Source: Octopus sinensis (taxonomy: Eukaryota). From it: a DNA stretch of 64,000 nt. This document shows positions 1 to 13,533 of this stretch, piece by piece. The stretch is from assembly GCF_006345805.1 (NCBI RefSeq), contig NC_043008.1, forward strand, positions 60,574,001 to 60,638,000, read 5' to 3'. Position 1 is the stretch's first letter, and each line of letters opens with the position of its first letter. Position numbers and translations under genes: made by a program. The notes beneath the pieces are model-generated. The model ran no database searches. It was given only the letters and a program-made list of their open reading frames with translations, and was not told the DNA's origin.

Positions 1-171
1 CAATACGTAGATATAGAGGGAGAAGTCTAGACGTCAAGGTGGACAGACTAGAGTAGAGTAGTCGAGCAGAGGAGTAGAGTTGAGTAGTAGAGACATACGA
101 ACGTGCGACATAACAGTGGCGACGAGGTTTTCGTCGGTTACACAGCCACTGTGTAGTATTGCGACATAACA
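1..171 (+). mobile_element. Possible Gypsy-type LTR end with PBS-like motif, truncated by the window edge
   Basis: ACATAACA is followed by GTGGCGACGAGG (about 108-127), resembling the TGGCGACGAG start of some Gypsy internal regions. GCGACATAACA occurs twice (105-115, 161-171). Confidence 0.3.
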
Positions 172-397
172 AATTCACATAGTTACTTCTCTATAGAAAC
201 AAAAAGATACAGAGGCTCACTGAGTAACTTCCTCTAGTTAGACAAGACATTCAGTTTCAAGAGAAAAAGAAGTTGTAATCTAAAGAGACACTCCACAGGC
301 TTATATTGCACCTTAAAATTCATTTCTCTTACAACACCCTAAAATTAGTTTCCTCTAATGTTGATTTCACGCAAGGCGAGGGTCACTATATGCAATA

Positions 398-705
398 GTG
401 GAGGCACATGACCTAGAGGTTAGAGCAGCGGACTCATGGTCGAGGGATCACGGGTTCAAATCTCAGACCGGGCGATGTATGTGTTTATGAGCGAAACACC
501 TAAGCTCCACGCAGCTCCGGCAGAAGGTAATGGCGAACTTCTGCTGACTCTTTCGCCACAACTTTCTCTCACTCTTTCCTCCTGCATCTTGCAGCTCACC
601 TGCGACGGACCGGCATCCCGTCCAAGTGGGGAACTTATACGCCAAAAAACCGGGAAACCGGCCCTTATGAGCCAGGCGTGGCTCAAGAAGGAACAAACAA
701 AAAAA
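398..705 (+). mobile_element. tRNA-derived SINE family B (OR1/OR2-like), full length
   Basis: tRNA-like head GTGGAGGC...GGTTAG...GGTTCAAATC, A-rich tail, and 14-bp TSD CACTATATGCAATA (384-397 / 706-719). Confidence 0.9.
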
Positions 706-1576
706 CACTATATGCAATAAATCACTGTACAAATAATACTTTTTTCATATTTTAGAATATGGCAGGAGTAAATTTATAGTCACCTTGCCTCTATCAAAAT
801 CTGTCATGAAGTAGAATCGTCTTAATAATCACATTGCAGCGTAAGGAAATATTTTCTTAATGGAAATTACATAATTTATATTAAAATAATGAGAGCTATA
901 ACCACCTATTGACGTATCTAGTGAGGTATATCAGGTAGCAGAACTCACTAGCAAGTCGATAAAACCTATATATTCTTCGTCAGTCTGTCTCGATATTACG
1001 ATCACATATTCTACAGCCTGTCCACTATGTTAGCAGTGGGCACACGGCTAACATATTGTAGTTGTCGTTTTTACAATCAACAATACATTTAACTAGAAGA
1101 ATGAAGCTAATAAATATATTGATGTTTTGCTTCTCACTAAATACACAATTCGAAAGTAATAATAAAACTCCAGGTAGAACCAGACGAAATATAACCACAA
1201 ATATGTGGTTAGTTTGTTATCCGTCTTCTACATTTTTCTCTCTTGTCTCGTTAACAAAATATCTTGCTGCTATAGGTCACCAACGCAGTAGATTTGACCG
1301 CACAGGTTATAAAGAAGAACTGATCATACATATTCATGAAGGATCTTAGAACGAGCAGTTAAGTGTTATGGAGTGTGGTGGTGGTGGGGGGGATGACGAC
1401 AAAAGATTGGCACATTTCAACAGAAGTACCAAAGCAATTAAGTAGTCAAGACAAACGGTATTTTTGTTTTTATAATCCAGCACAGATTTCTATTCACGTA
1501 ACCTCGAACGTAAATACATAGACGTTCACACACAGACATATACAAACATAACAGCCCTCGCATACATTTATTGGGA

Positions 1577-1631
<55 letters not shown>

Positions 1632-1747
1632 ATCCGTTGCATATACGATGACAGAAACACTGTAATGCTAGAATATCTTGCATATGAATTCCTGAAAGAT
1701 ATTTGTTAAGTCATGAGTATATACACATATTCACACAAATTATATAT

Positions 1748-1832
<85 letters not shown>

Positions 1833-1936
1833 TGTGTGTGTCAGTGTGCATGTGTATTTGTGTCTCTGTGTTTAAGTGTGTTTATTCATACATAATATTA
1901 TAGAATAACGCCTACAAGCCACAGATGTTCATATGC

Positions 1937-4108
1937 AGAGGTGCTTAATCTGTCATATATCGGGTCAACACACACTATTAGAAAAACCTGGTAATTAGAT
2001 ATTTTGTATGAGGTGTCCGGGTATAGTAGTACTCTATATCCACTAACGTATTTTATGTAGATAGCATATTACAGCGGTTTGTAAAAGTTTAACTTTCCAA
2101 CACACTTTTTCAAATAAATATTTCTCAAGAACACTTTGTAAATACGTTTGTGCATTTGTTTTCCAAAATTCCTGATGTGAAATTGTGTTCACACAGATAT
2201 TGTTATATTCATTTTCACTCTGAAATATAACAATAGTGTTGTAAATACTTCAGTATGAATCGATGCAGCCTATCTTTTGTCATAGGGAGATATCTCTCAG
2301 ATTTTTTAAAATGTTTGTTGTAAACCTGTCTTACCCTTTAAAATTGCCTATGTCTTCTTGTAATGTGAAATATTAAGCACGAAGCGTAGTATGACTGAGT
2401 GATTAATAACTCTGCTTTGCAACGACAGTGGAGGCGCGTGGCTTCGTGAAACCGGGCCAATGAGCCTGGCTAGGCTTTAAAAGGGCGCAAGTGGAGGCCC
2501 GTGGCTTAGTGGTTAGGGTGTCAGCATCATGATTCCTGGACCGGGCGACGCGTTGTGTTCTTGAGCAAAACACTTCATCTCACGTTGCTCCAATCCACTC
2601 AGCTGGCAAAAATGAGTAACGCTGCGATGGACTGGTGTCCTTCCAGCTGGGGAACACATATGCCATTGAAACCGGGAAACCGGGCCCACGAGCCTGGCTA
2701 GGTTTTCAAAGGGCGCATTTATTTTTATTTTATTTGCAATGACAAGGATTCTGTTACGACCCCGCTGCGTGGATTGTTAGGCAGACGTTGGTTACGTTAG
2801 ATTCGAGTTATGTCAGTTTGTTTGTAAAAAAGTGTCGGAGACTGTATAGAAGACCGTCTTGGGGATCCTATATGTGATTCAAAATATACTGTCTAAGAAT
2901 TAAGTTAAAGTCTAAGAATTAAATTAAAGATATACATATTTCTAAAATGCTCCGCGTTTCCAACATTAATTTAATAGTAGGTTATTCAGTTCGTCGAAAA
3001 ACTGAATCCTCACCGTCGAATGACGGAGATCCACCGACATATTTTGGAATGAAGGCAAATTTTATTGGCCTTCTCCATTTAAATTTGTGAGAAATATAAT
3101 TCCTTTGTATAATTTGGTTATACTTAGCTACTTCGTAGCTATCCTAATTAAAATTCCAATGTAGAATGGTATTGAGAATGAAAGAAATTCTTCTCTTTAC
3201 AAGAGTCAAACTTGTTGATCAATCAAATTGACTCTTATAGAATAATAGAATTCCTAGCCAGTTTAATATCTGAGTTCAGGGTTCGGTGAAGTATAACTAT
3301 GACAGTCACCATTTATTCGTTCCTGATAATTGACCTTCAGAGATACATAACAATATGGCTACAAACTGGAATCAATAATAAATTCCTTGCACAACAAAAA
3401 AGAGAAAACAGATGGGAAAAATATCTACATACAGTGACAATAAGGAAAATAATTTATTAAATATTTCGAACGTAAAACATTTTCTCGTTTAATATTCTCT
3501 CAGAATTTCATCACAAAATTGTAAAACTGTTTGGTTGCTGACGTTGTTGTTTGTAGCAGCTGATATATCAGTATACAATATGCCAGTATGCAATGTGGCC
3601 TCCAGTTAATTGATATCCATCTGCAACAGTGGTGGGCGTTGTTCGCTCACGAATGCACTGTAAATGACAAGGTATTTACTGTAAATGACAAGGGAGTTAG
3701 TTGCTTCAAAGGATCCTTATTTTTCTTAGAAATGTAATATATGAACCGGGTACACTACATTATTTTACTATTTTAACACATTTGAAAACAAATTGAATGT
3801 TGTCCATAGAAAGATATGCGGAGGATTTTTCTATCAGTTGTGCACATGATTGATGAAGAGCCACATTTCCTTATTTAAATATACGACTTCATCTTCTTTA
3901 TTAATTTCCCCCATATTCTCAACATAAGAGGAACTAGTCTGCGCGAATATCTAAAGAATAGATAACTATTGGATTCGTATCTATTAGAACAATTGCGCAA
4001 AGGTAGCTCGTGTTTAACTAAAATATTGCTTTATGTTACGGGCAAAACGCTAAAAAGAAGCGTTTGTAAAGTGTCCTTGCTGCACAAACAAACGTTTAGA
4101 ACCACTGA
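1937..4108 (-). mobile_element. Possible highly degraded hAT (Charlie-like) transposon remnant
   Basis: CAGTGGTTCTAAA-type terminus at 4096-4108 (minus) and CAGAGGTGCTTAA at 1937. The minus strand near 3580-3625 reads ADG...HCIL(H) with frameshifts, like the hAT CxxH motif. No TSD seen. Confidence 0.25.
2428..2732 (+). mobile_element. SINE family B with CORE-like body: head+tail mini copy (2428-2490) followed by a longer copy
   Basis: Two GTGGAGGC starts, GTGTTCTTGAGCAAAACACTTC body, (TTTTA)n tail. TSD TTTGCAA(C/T)GACA at 2416-2427 / 2733-2744. Confidence 0.85.
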
Positions 4109-4884
4109 TATAAAATCTACATAAGGTCATCTGATGTATGGTAAGTTCTGAAATGTTAATTCGCATTAGAACGAAGGTTGCATACTGTTAGGAAATATAC
4201 AAATTCTGTGCACATACAAACTACGTGTCTCTAAGGAGTAAATTGTGTCAGTGTAAAAAGAAATTAATCATTTTCAATTTGGCCAGTTTTCTATTGCTGC
4301 CTGAATATCTTGTAATGTCTCGCATTGATTTTCAAATGAAACGTCAGTAGGTGTATGATTCGAAATATTTAAAATTAAATATAAAGCGTTTCATAAATAT
4401 CTATTCTATCTATTTTTAATGTATAATTATTTCCATATTATTTTGTCAGGGTATTGTGTAGACATTTCAATGAAGACACTGTTTAGTTATTTCAGAGACT
4501 TGCAATTTCGCTATCTCTCTGTTTTTTTTTGTTTGTTTTTTTACTTCACGGCGGCATCACGCTTAGCAGCGTCTGATGTGTTTATTTAGAAATCATATAG
4601 AAGATACACACACAATTGCCACTCACGCACGTACACACAAACATGCATATACACAACCAGGCAGAGAAATACGAATACGGATTTTCAGATTGTTAGATTG
4701 TTAGATGAATACATGTAATAATAGAAAGATTCATTGATATATTCATACAGAAGATTATTCAAAGATTAATTTAAATCGATAAATTACAGTATTGTCTTAG
4801 AGTTACAGGTATTTCGAAAAGAGTTGACTATCGTTTGTTTTTTCTCGTAATTGAATTAAAGGAAATATTTTGATTAGTTTCTTA

Positions 4885-4957
<73 letters not shown>

Positions 4958-4969
4958 TATGCACCTTAC

Positions 4970-5025
4970 CTCATCGATGACTTTAAAAAACAAGAGGTGA
5001 GAATTCCTGGTTTGGATGTACTTAC
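4970..5025 (-). other. Candidate 56-nt exon starting with a reconstituted donor (recursive-splice-type exon)
   Basis: Minus strand reads tttctcttttccactttctttttAG|GTAAGTAC...GATGAG|GTAAGG. Two frames are open (xKYIQTRNSHLLFFKVIDE and VSTSKPGILTSCFLKSSM). Confidence 0.4.
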
Positions 5026-5839
5026 CTAAAAAGAAAGTGGAAAAGAGAAATTAAATAAATGAAGTGAAACGAGTAGATAAAAATACAGAATTACATAGAC
5101 ACACAGACACACACAAACACACACATATATACATAAACACTCACACACACAAATATAATATTTTCGTTCAGACTTCCATTCCACGGCGTACGTAGAAAAG
5201 CAAAACCTGAGAGATAATAGCATTTTCGTTAGATAGATCGATACAGATACATACATATATACATATACATACATAAATATAAATATGAGTGTGTGTGTGT
5301 GTGTATATAAAATATATATATATTGTGCGTGAGTATATGTATGTTGTGAGTGTATGTATATGTGTGTGTGTCTGTGTCTAAATTATGCTGTAATAAACTG
5401 TTTAACCTATCAAATCACTTGCAATCCTTCTTGACTGGATTTCAACATCGCTGAAGGAACAAAAAAGATAGAGATAGTAAAAGAAAGAGAGAGAAGAAAG
5501 AGAAAAGAGCGGGGGATTAAAGAAACGTTTCTGTGTATGTATGTGAGTGTGAGAGAGAGAGAAAGTGAAAGTGTGTGTCAATAGAAATCAACGACAATTA
5601 CAAGTATTAGTCATACATAAAAGCAGAAAAGTTAAGACAAACAATGAACCTCTTTCAGACTGAGGAATAATAAGCGTTTGTGTTTATTTATATATAAACG
5701 TAAGACGATTAAGTATAGCATGCTCGGATGTTCACGGCTGGAATGCTTCAGATCATAATAGATCTGTCTGCACAATGGGGGCTATTTATACTATGACTTA
5801 TATATATTTATATGTATATATATATGTATGTGTGTGTGC

Positions 5840-5889
<50 letters not shown>

Positions 5890-6186
5890 TATATTATATA
5901 TATATAAGGGGTTTGTATGATTGTGTATAGAGGGATATATATTATTCAAAGGAATTCCAACTCTGTCTGTTTTTTGTTTTATTCATATTCTTTATAATAT
6001 AAATGTAGAATATAGCGGTGGTGCCCCAGCATGGCCGCGACCTTCGGGCTAAAACAATTTTAAGAATTTAAGGATAGTAAAATGAAATGAAGTATTCACT
6101 GTCTTATTTATTGAATATCAAATATTTAGGGACTAGTATACTTTCTTGTGCATTTAAGCAGTTTTCAAGGTTCTAGTTGTGACAGA

Positions 6187-6226
<40 letters not shown>

Positions 6227-6277
6227 TATATAAAATAACATTTACACACTCTCACTCACACACACCACCCACACCTA

Positions 6278-6327
<50 letters not shown>

Positions 6328-6619
6328 TTACACACAAATATATATATATATATTTATATGTATATATATGTATATGTATATCTATATCTATCTATCTATA
6401 TATATATTCTTCTTTCTATTCTTTCATTCTTTCCTTCTTTCTACCAGCCCTTTCACGCTTACTTCCTTCGTTCCACTCTTCGTTCTTTCGTTCACCCTCT
6501 TTCACATTTCCTGGCCATCTTGTCATGCTCACTTTCCGTCCTCCCTCACTTCACTGTGTCCCTTTCATCTTCTTCTCGCCCTTCCTTAATTATTCTATCC
6601 CTCTGCATCTAACTCTCTC

Positions 6620-7118
6620 TCTTCTCTCCCCACGCGACTGGTGTTCGGCCAAGCCTGACCTTTCTTTCTTGGTTCAACTACCAACCGCGCAACATCTATA
6701 TTCCTCCCTGTGCTTGTTAAAACATATATCCCTGCCTTAAGGCTTTACTTCCACACACGCCAGCTTAATTTAATTCGTCCTTAGTCGAAAGACACCTGTT
6801 GTTATGTCCTGTTAATTGCATTTGTATTTTTGTAACATTCTCCTATTTTTTCCGTCCATGTTTTCGTACATATTCGCTGCTTTCTTCCAAAGAATCTAAT
6901 TCTCATAGAATAGTTTTTCCTTGGGGTTGGCCAGATTGGAGTAATCTCGAGTATAACCAGCCGAAATTGCAAAGATAATCTGGAACTCGACTGAGGATAG
7001 AAAACTCCGAATCACCCGTCCTTGCTTTCTTTGTATCGTCTGTCTTGTTGTTCAGTTGTCCCTTTTTTGTTTCACCCAACTGTGTGTATATTTTGCGTTC
7101 TTGTCCATTTTTGTGTCT
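6620..7118 (+). repeat. Interspersed repeat between TA microsatellites, possibly a PLE terminal fragment
   Basis: 6910-6985 aligns by eye with the reverse complement of about 33430-33503 (TAGTTTTTC..TGGGG.TGGCC.GATTGGAG.AATCTC...CCGAAATTG). Confidence 0.5.
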
Positions 7119-7220
7119 TATATATATATATGTATGTATGTATGTATATATATACATATATATGAATATTTACACATATAGATATATTTACATGTGTATG
7201 CATATATATAACATACATAC

Positions 7221-7278
<58 letters not shown>

Positions 7279-8942
7279 AATGTATGTATGTTTTATATAT
7301 GCATACACATGTAAATATATCTATATGTGTAAATATTCATATATATATATATATATATATATCATAAACACATACACACATATCATATTATATCTATGTA
7401 TGTGCGCGAGAGTGAGTATTTTCATTATGCTCATGTATGCTTATGTGTATTTATTCATGGACAGTTGAATATTATTTTCTCTAATTCTAAGCTAGTATAA
7501 GATTCGAGATCTACAACGTTTTATAATCAATCGAAACTGATAATATATCTATTATAGCTTGAAGGAAATTGAGGAATAGAATTATCTCTTTTATTACAAT
7601 GTACACTTGATGTTTTCTAGTTTAATAAAATTAACTGAGAAGCGGAAAGAAAATCAAAAAAATATAAGATGTAATATTTACAGAAAAGACCTTAAAAATC
7701 AATACCAACTTCAATCATCTAGTACATTGACATTTTAAAAATCAATGACTTTGTTTAGAAATAAAATAATTTTATTGTTATTTAATTATAACAGCATTTT
7801 TTTCAATTAATGAAAATAATTGCACTCAACTAATGAAATCCATAAATAAAATTTTGGATTTATTTTTCCTTGAATTAAGAACCACTTGAGAATAGCATCA
7901 CGACATACTTTCTTTACAATCAATAATAACATCATGAACAATATAGGTATCATGCAAGACAGAGAGACAGATCGAAAGTGAGATAGTGCGAGAGATAGAG
8001 AGAAAGAGAAAGAAATAGAAGAAAAGAGAGAGAGAGAGAGACGAACAGTGAATAAGAAAAGTGTGGGAGAGAGAGGCTGAACCGTCGAATAAGAATTATA
8101 GCAATAGCAATGATGTCTACATTCTACTATGTAATTATTTGATCATATGCAGTTTATATGTCTATTTGGACTATCCAAAAAATAATTATAGACATTAGTG
8201 CAACGAGTTTAATCAACCAGTTAATTACAAGAAAATTCAAATCATAGAAGCGCTATGCCCTATTCCAGCAACAAATATCCTTACATTACTTTAATGCATA
8301 TAATTTTAAATTTTTGAAGGAGTAGTAAAATATTGCAAGTTCTTTTAATTGGTAATTCAGAGACCAAGTCTCCCCTTTTCTTTTCCGATACGAGAAATAC
8401 GGAAAACAGGATGAGGGCAGTGGATAAGTATAATTGTTTGAATATTAGCTCTTTACGTTTTGACTTAAATTCCGCCTACTTATCGATAGCACTTGATTTC
8501 GAGTACTCACTCGCCATCATGTAACTATATTTTTCTTTTACTGGTTTTGCTGTTGCACCATATTGAAAGCTTTTTCTACAAGCCCCTAGAGACCATTATT
8601 ACGTATATGAAATTTGAAATTTATTTCCCCACACGCTTTTACATACAGATCAGATTTCCGATTCAGAACAGCCTTCCCTCATTTCCCACCAGACCCTAAC
8701 TAATAAACAACTAACTGAATTCAGCACGCTTGCAGCCAATTTGGTTGAAAACCCTGAACGTAGCTGCACACAAAATTATGCTCGTTCGCACTTGCAACTG
8801 CCCATACTCTGTGCAGTAGAAACACCTGTAGGTCATCGTAACCATAAACATATGCTGTATAACGTTGTAAAATAAAATAAAAGGAAATAGATTTTGAGGA
8901 AGACACCGGACTCCATATTTTTACCGTTATGATTATTGGTTT

Positions 8943-8977
<35 letters not shown>

Positions 8978-8981
<4 letters not shown>

Positions 8982-9163
8982 TGGGATTCACAAAAACGAT
9001 ACGAAGGCAGGTGGTGTAGACAACAAACAGGTGTATTAGTATAGCGCTCGGGAAGTGAAAAAGTTTTTAACGTTTTGAGCCTACGCTCTTTCACAGAAAG
9101 GAACAGAGAAAGAATCAAGGAGAGAAAATAAAGAATGTGTAGTGGCTAGCGATCTATCATAGC

Positions 9164-9165
<2 letters not shown>
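8978..9165 (-). mobile_element. Short PLE-like terminal element with degenerate hammerhead, in (TA)n
   Basis: Minus strand CTTT CTGTGAA A GAGC GTAG GCTC AAAACGTT AAAA at 9065-9100. Homologous to 38642-38808 and related to 29019-29235. Confidence 0.6.
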
Positions 9166-9216
<51 letters not shown>

Positions 9217-12200
9217 GTGTGTGTGTATAAATGTATGAATGTACGTATGTATATACGTACCTATGTCTATATATCGGATTACATTAACAACTACTGTTTC
9301 ACTCCTTTATATCCTGGACTGGTAGCCTGATTGAGAATAATGGTCTGGCACCCTTGATCAAGAAGCCATGGCGCTGCCCTTTCTTTCCTGTCTGAGTGGT
9401 GAAACACATCATCTGATCATTGTCAACACATGAAAATTTTTACTTCTATCACTCTTCAGCTACAGAGAAACAGGGGTAAGACTTCATCATGAAAAAACGC
9501 TAGAAGGCAACCACCAAGGACCTCTCTCATTTGTGTATCAGTACATAGCATGGCAGTGAATATCAATAGAAAGATATTTACTGGATAAAATTATATACAT
9601 GAGTGCTACCATTATATAATAATCATCGGCAAGCGATTAAGAACCATTAAATGTCTCTTTCTTAGATGCAAGAACATTATCGAATAGAGAAAAATAGCGA
9701 AGGATGAAGAACATCCGAAGATTGATGCTTTACTTCCGGTCAATCATCAGGAGACAAAAATCTCAGAAAATGAAAGCTATATCAGGCAAATTGTTTGCAC
9801 ACCATTTCATGCTAGTTTTGAACGACTATATTCATAAACAAGCTGATATTATTTCTGCTTTTGAGAAGCTAAGTTTAGATAATTGTTACGTAATGTATAT
9901 ATATATTCTTGTAGTGATGTTCGTTAATAATAAAGAGAATATTATTTAATAGTCTCGAAATAGTATAAGAAGATTAATGTTACCCAGCGGAAATTGTAGT
10001 TGGATACCTAAACGTAGCAAGAAGAAAAATGTTACGAAAGAAAGAACGAAGAAGAAAAGAGAAAAGAAAGGAGAAACTATATAGAAATATAATATATATA
10101 TATATAATAGTCCGAATGGTAGCTATCTAGTAAGAAAGAACCAAAAGAATTTGAATGAAACAATGACGTACAAAAACGCGAATGAAGAAGGCGTAAAATT
10201 AGATAAGTATATAGATATGTGGTGAAGAAAGTTGAAGAATACTGCCAAACAAGAGACTGAAGGAATGAAACGGAGTAAAAATAAATAGAAGCAAAGAATA
10301 AAAACTAAGAAACCAAAAGACGTAAAGTAAGAAAGCTGGAGAAGCAGTAAAGGGAATGGGATAAATATATATGAAAGTAAGTAAACTGTGGAACCATTTC
10401 TCAATGTCAATGGAATTGAAATAACGCAATGTCTGCGAGTGAGGTTTATTTTTGTCATGTAGGAGACAAGTAAGCAAAGAGAGAAACAGCGGGAAAAATC
10501 AAAGTCTTATTTAGCAGTCAATTAACGTTTTCATTTAAATGATTTATTTCTGTAGACATTCTTGTAGAGCCATCTAAGAAACAAAAATACATAAACGAGA
10601 CACAGCAAAGTCACCAGCGCAGAAGAAAAGTGTATACCATACATCGCCAAATCTATATATATATAAATGTACGATTCCTTTATACGATGTTGGGATTGTT
10701 GGTGGGGAGATGTGTTGAAGAACTCTTCTTTTTCTTTACATTTTATCTTTTATATATGTTTCTTCGTTTATATTCTTCGTCTTGTTTTATTTCGAGTAGA
10801 TGCTATTAACGAAATGTAGGTGTTTGCACTAAATCTCTTCGTAATATTCATTCGTCAGGCGTTGCTACATAATTTCCTTGTCTCTTCTGTCTGCCTTTAG
10901 CTTTCTAAAGGCACTGTCTAAGATGGTAAACAATTCGCATTGTGTATTCTTAGAGCATCACTGACAACGTTATCAATTTTCTAATTATCTAATCAAGCGA
11001 ACTCTTCTCTCGGTTTCACCACATCCACCCATATCTCTTGAATTCAGTGAGTAATTAGTGATTGATAATTGTCTGGGGTAATAAATGCAAATATCATAAC
11101 GGGTGTCTAGTCTATAAATATATTACCGCTCAATTGTGCATTTCTTTCAATACATCTTTTTGATGGTTTGTTCTTCATAATTTGGCTACTGTTTTTATTA
11201 ATTTATTCAAAGTATTTCTAGTTTTCCATTGTAGCACACAGCAACGAAAAGATGTCAGAGTGTGATTACTTATCACTCAATTAGGTGTGTGCACAGACAG
11301 GAACCCACACAGATTTTAATATAGCTAAGAATATTATACATTGACAGACAACAACAAAACAATACACAACGATGGATATCACATACACCCATGCTAACAC
11401 TCAGATAAATGTGTATACATATACATACATACATATATATAAATATGTGTGTGTGTATACATACGTGTGTGTATGTAACATATATTTATATACATATATA
11501 TATACATACATATATCTATGTCATATATACATACGAACGTTTGACACATATATATACACATACAGACATACACAAAAATGTATACATGTAACAGTTTTCA
11601 AGGATATAGAGTTAAAGATATGACAATGTTCAAATGTGATGGATGTTTTTATTTCTTTTACTGTTGTTGTTTGCGAAGATTTTTTTAATATATTTTATGT
11701 GTCGTTTATGTTTCGTTTAGAACAATAATATTTCTCAGTTCATTGACATCTCAAGAACTTCTCACATTACCTTAAAGTTATAATGATAGTGGGCAAAAGC
11801 TGATGCGCTTTTAGTAGATGGCAGGAATGATGTTGCGACTGATAAAATCATCAACGCCGCATTTAGCATTCTTTGAGTGTTAAATCATCGTTTCTCGCTT
11901 TGTTTATTGTGCTTTATTTCTTGATATTTGTTTTCTATTTCGCTTCTCTAAAGCTTCATCGCTAATCTAGTTTTTAGGTGGAATTCTATATCGGGGAAGT
12001 TTTATCAACTGTTTTGTCTGGTACTTATATTTTGCTCACAGTATTATAATGTTTTGCTATGGCGCCTTGTAGAGATCTTTTGAACGCATGTGTGCATACA
12101 AACGTTCATACACACGAATACATACATACATATACATTTATATACTTTTGTGCGTAAATGTGTATACAAATTTCAGTATGCGTGGTGTGTGCATGCATGT

Positions 12201-12250
12201 GTGTGTGTATATATATATATATATACATAGTTCTATTGGAAAAGCGATAT

Positions 12251-12281
<31 letters not shown>

Positions 12282-12438
12282 TATAAAAGTTGAGTTGTGG
12301 GGTATCGCACGAGAGGGATTATATAAGAAAAAAGGTTTGAAAATGCAATTTAAACGATGTTTATTTACTTAACCCGTTTCACTCTTTGGTAAAATTGTCA
12401 AAAGTTACATTTAAGGAAACATTGAATAATATGGGTTC

Positions 12439-12562
12439 CAAAAAAGTTTTTTACATATTGTCACATTGAATTTATGCATTCAAAAAAGTTTTTTACATAA
12501 TTGTCACATTGGATATTATGAATTCAAAAATGTTTTTTTATACATAATTGTCACATTACATG
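12439..12562 (+). repeat. Minisatellite, about 42-nt unit x3
   Basis: CAAAAAAGTTTTTTACATA(A)TTGTCACATTG.AT.TATG.ATT repeated. Confidence 0.85.
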
Positions 12563-12980
12563 TATAAAATATGTTTGGTAACAGAGAAGTTCAATAGTGT
12601 GATGAGAGTATTTGGGAAAATTTGGCAGAAAAGGATAAAACAAATATATTATTGGGAATTGGTTGCGTTAATTATGGTTGTCGCAAATTGTCACATTACA
12701 TGTTATATATACAATCTTTGGTATATATATACAGCCTTTTGACAGCAAAAATTAAAATGGATTTTTTATACATCTCAGAATATTTTAAGTTCATGGCGAG
12801 AATATGTTTTTACTGACCTGTCGGTATTAGCAGAAAGGCTGAACTGAGAGAAAAGAGGAAGTAGCCAATATGGTGTATACTTCCCCTTTATGCATGAATG
12901 ATTTTGGGGTTATCAGTAGGTTAGTATGCGGGTGTGAACAGATGTGTCCGTGCCTGCTGGTCAGATAGCGTCTGTTTGTC

Positions 12981-13017
<37 letters not shown>

Positions 13018-13079
13018 ACAACACACACACACACATAGTATACAAACACACACCACATACAAACAACACACACACACAC

Positions 13080-13315
13080 ACAGAGAACACACACACCCAC
13101 ACACAACGCACCCACATATATCACATATACACACAGCAGACAAATATAACATGTATCTATATATAACATACACAGATATATAACACACACACACACACAC
13201 AGAACACACACACCCACACACAACGCACCCACATATATCACATATACACACAGCACACAAATATAACACGTATCTATATATAACATACACAGATATATAA
13301 CACACATACACACAC
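13080..13315 (+). repeat. Tandem duplication of an approximately 117-nt CA-rich unit
   Basis: AGAACACACACACCCACACACAACGCACCCACATATATCACATATACACACAGCA...ATAACATACACAGATATATAACAC occurs twice. Confidence 0.85.
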
Positions 13316-13399
13316 ACTGTATGTTTGTATTGTATGTGTGTATATATATGCTAGGTGTATTTGTGTGATATTTATATTATGTATGTATGTGTGCGTGTG

Positions 13400-13434
<35 letters not shown>

Positions 13435-13492
13435 GTGTGTGTATGTGTGTTATATATGTGAACCCATATTATTCAATGTTTCCTTAAATGTA

Positions 13493-13533
13493 ACTTTTGA
13501 CAATCTTTTACAAAAGAGTGAAACCGGTTAAGT
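13493..13533 (+). ncRNA. Minimal type-I hammerhead-like motif with U3-A8 core variant
   Basis: ACTT [TTGACAA] TCTTT-TACA-AAAGA GT [GAAA] CCGGT T AAGT. Stem I is ACTT/AAGT and stem III is the palindrome ACCGGT. Confidence 0.55.

Noticed and set aside
436-732. Three overlapping ORFs of normal-looking composition
   Set aside because: They lie within a TSD-flanked SINE. The same applies to the ORFs at 14856, 31042, 47708, 52250 and 57308.
6915-6975. Hammerhead in the 6.6-7.1 kb repeat
   Set aside because: GGTTGG...CCAGCC GAAA TTGCAA looks like stems II and III, but there is no CUGANGA-like box here or in the 33430-33503 copy.
9440-9482. Plus-strand 16-nt microexon (CTTCAG|CTACAGAGAAACAGGG|GTAAGA)
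   Set aside because: It is not frame-preserving, has no supporting neighbours and is expected by chance in 64 kb.
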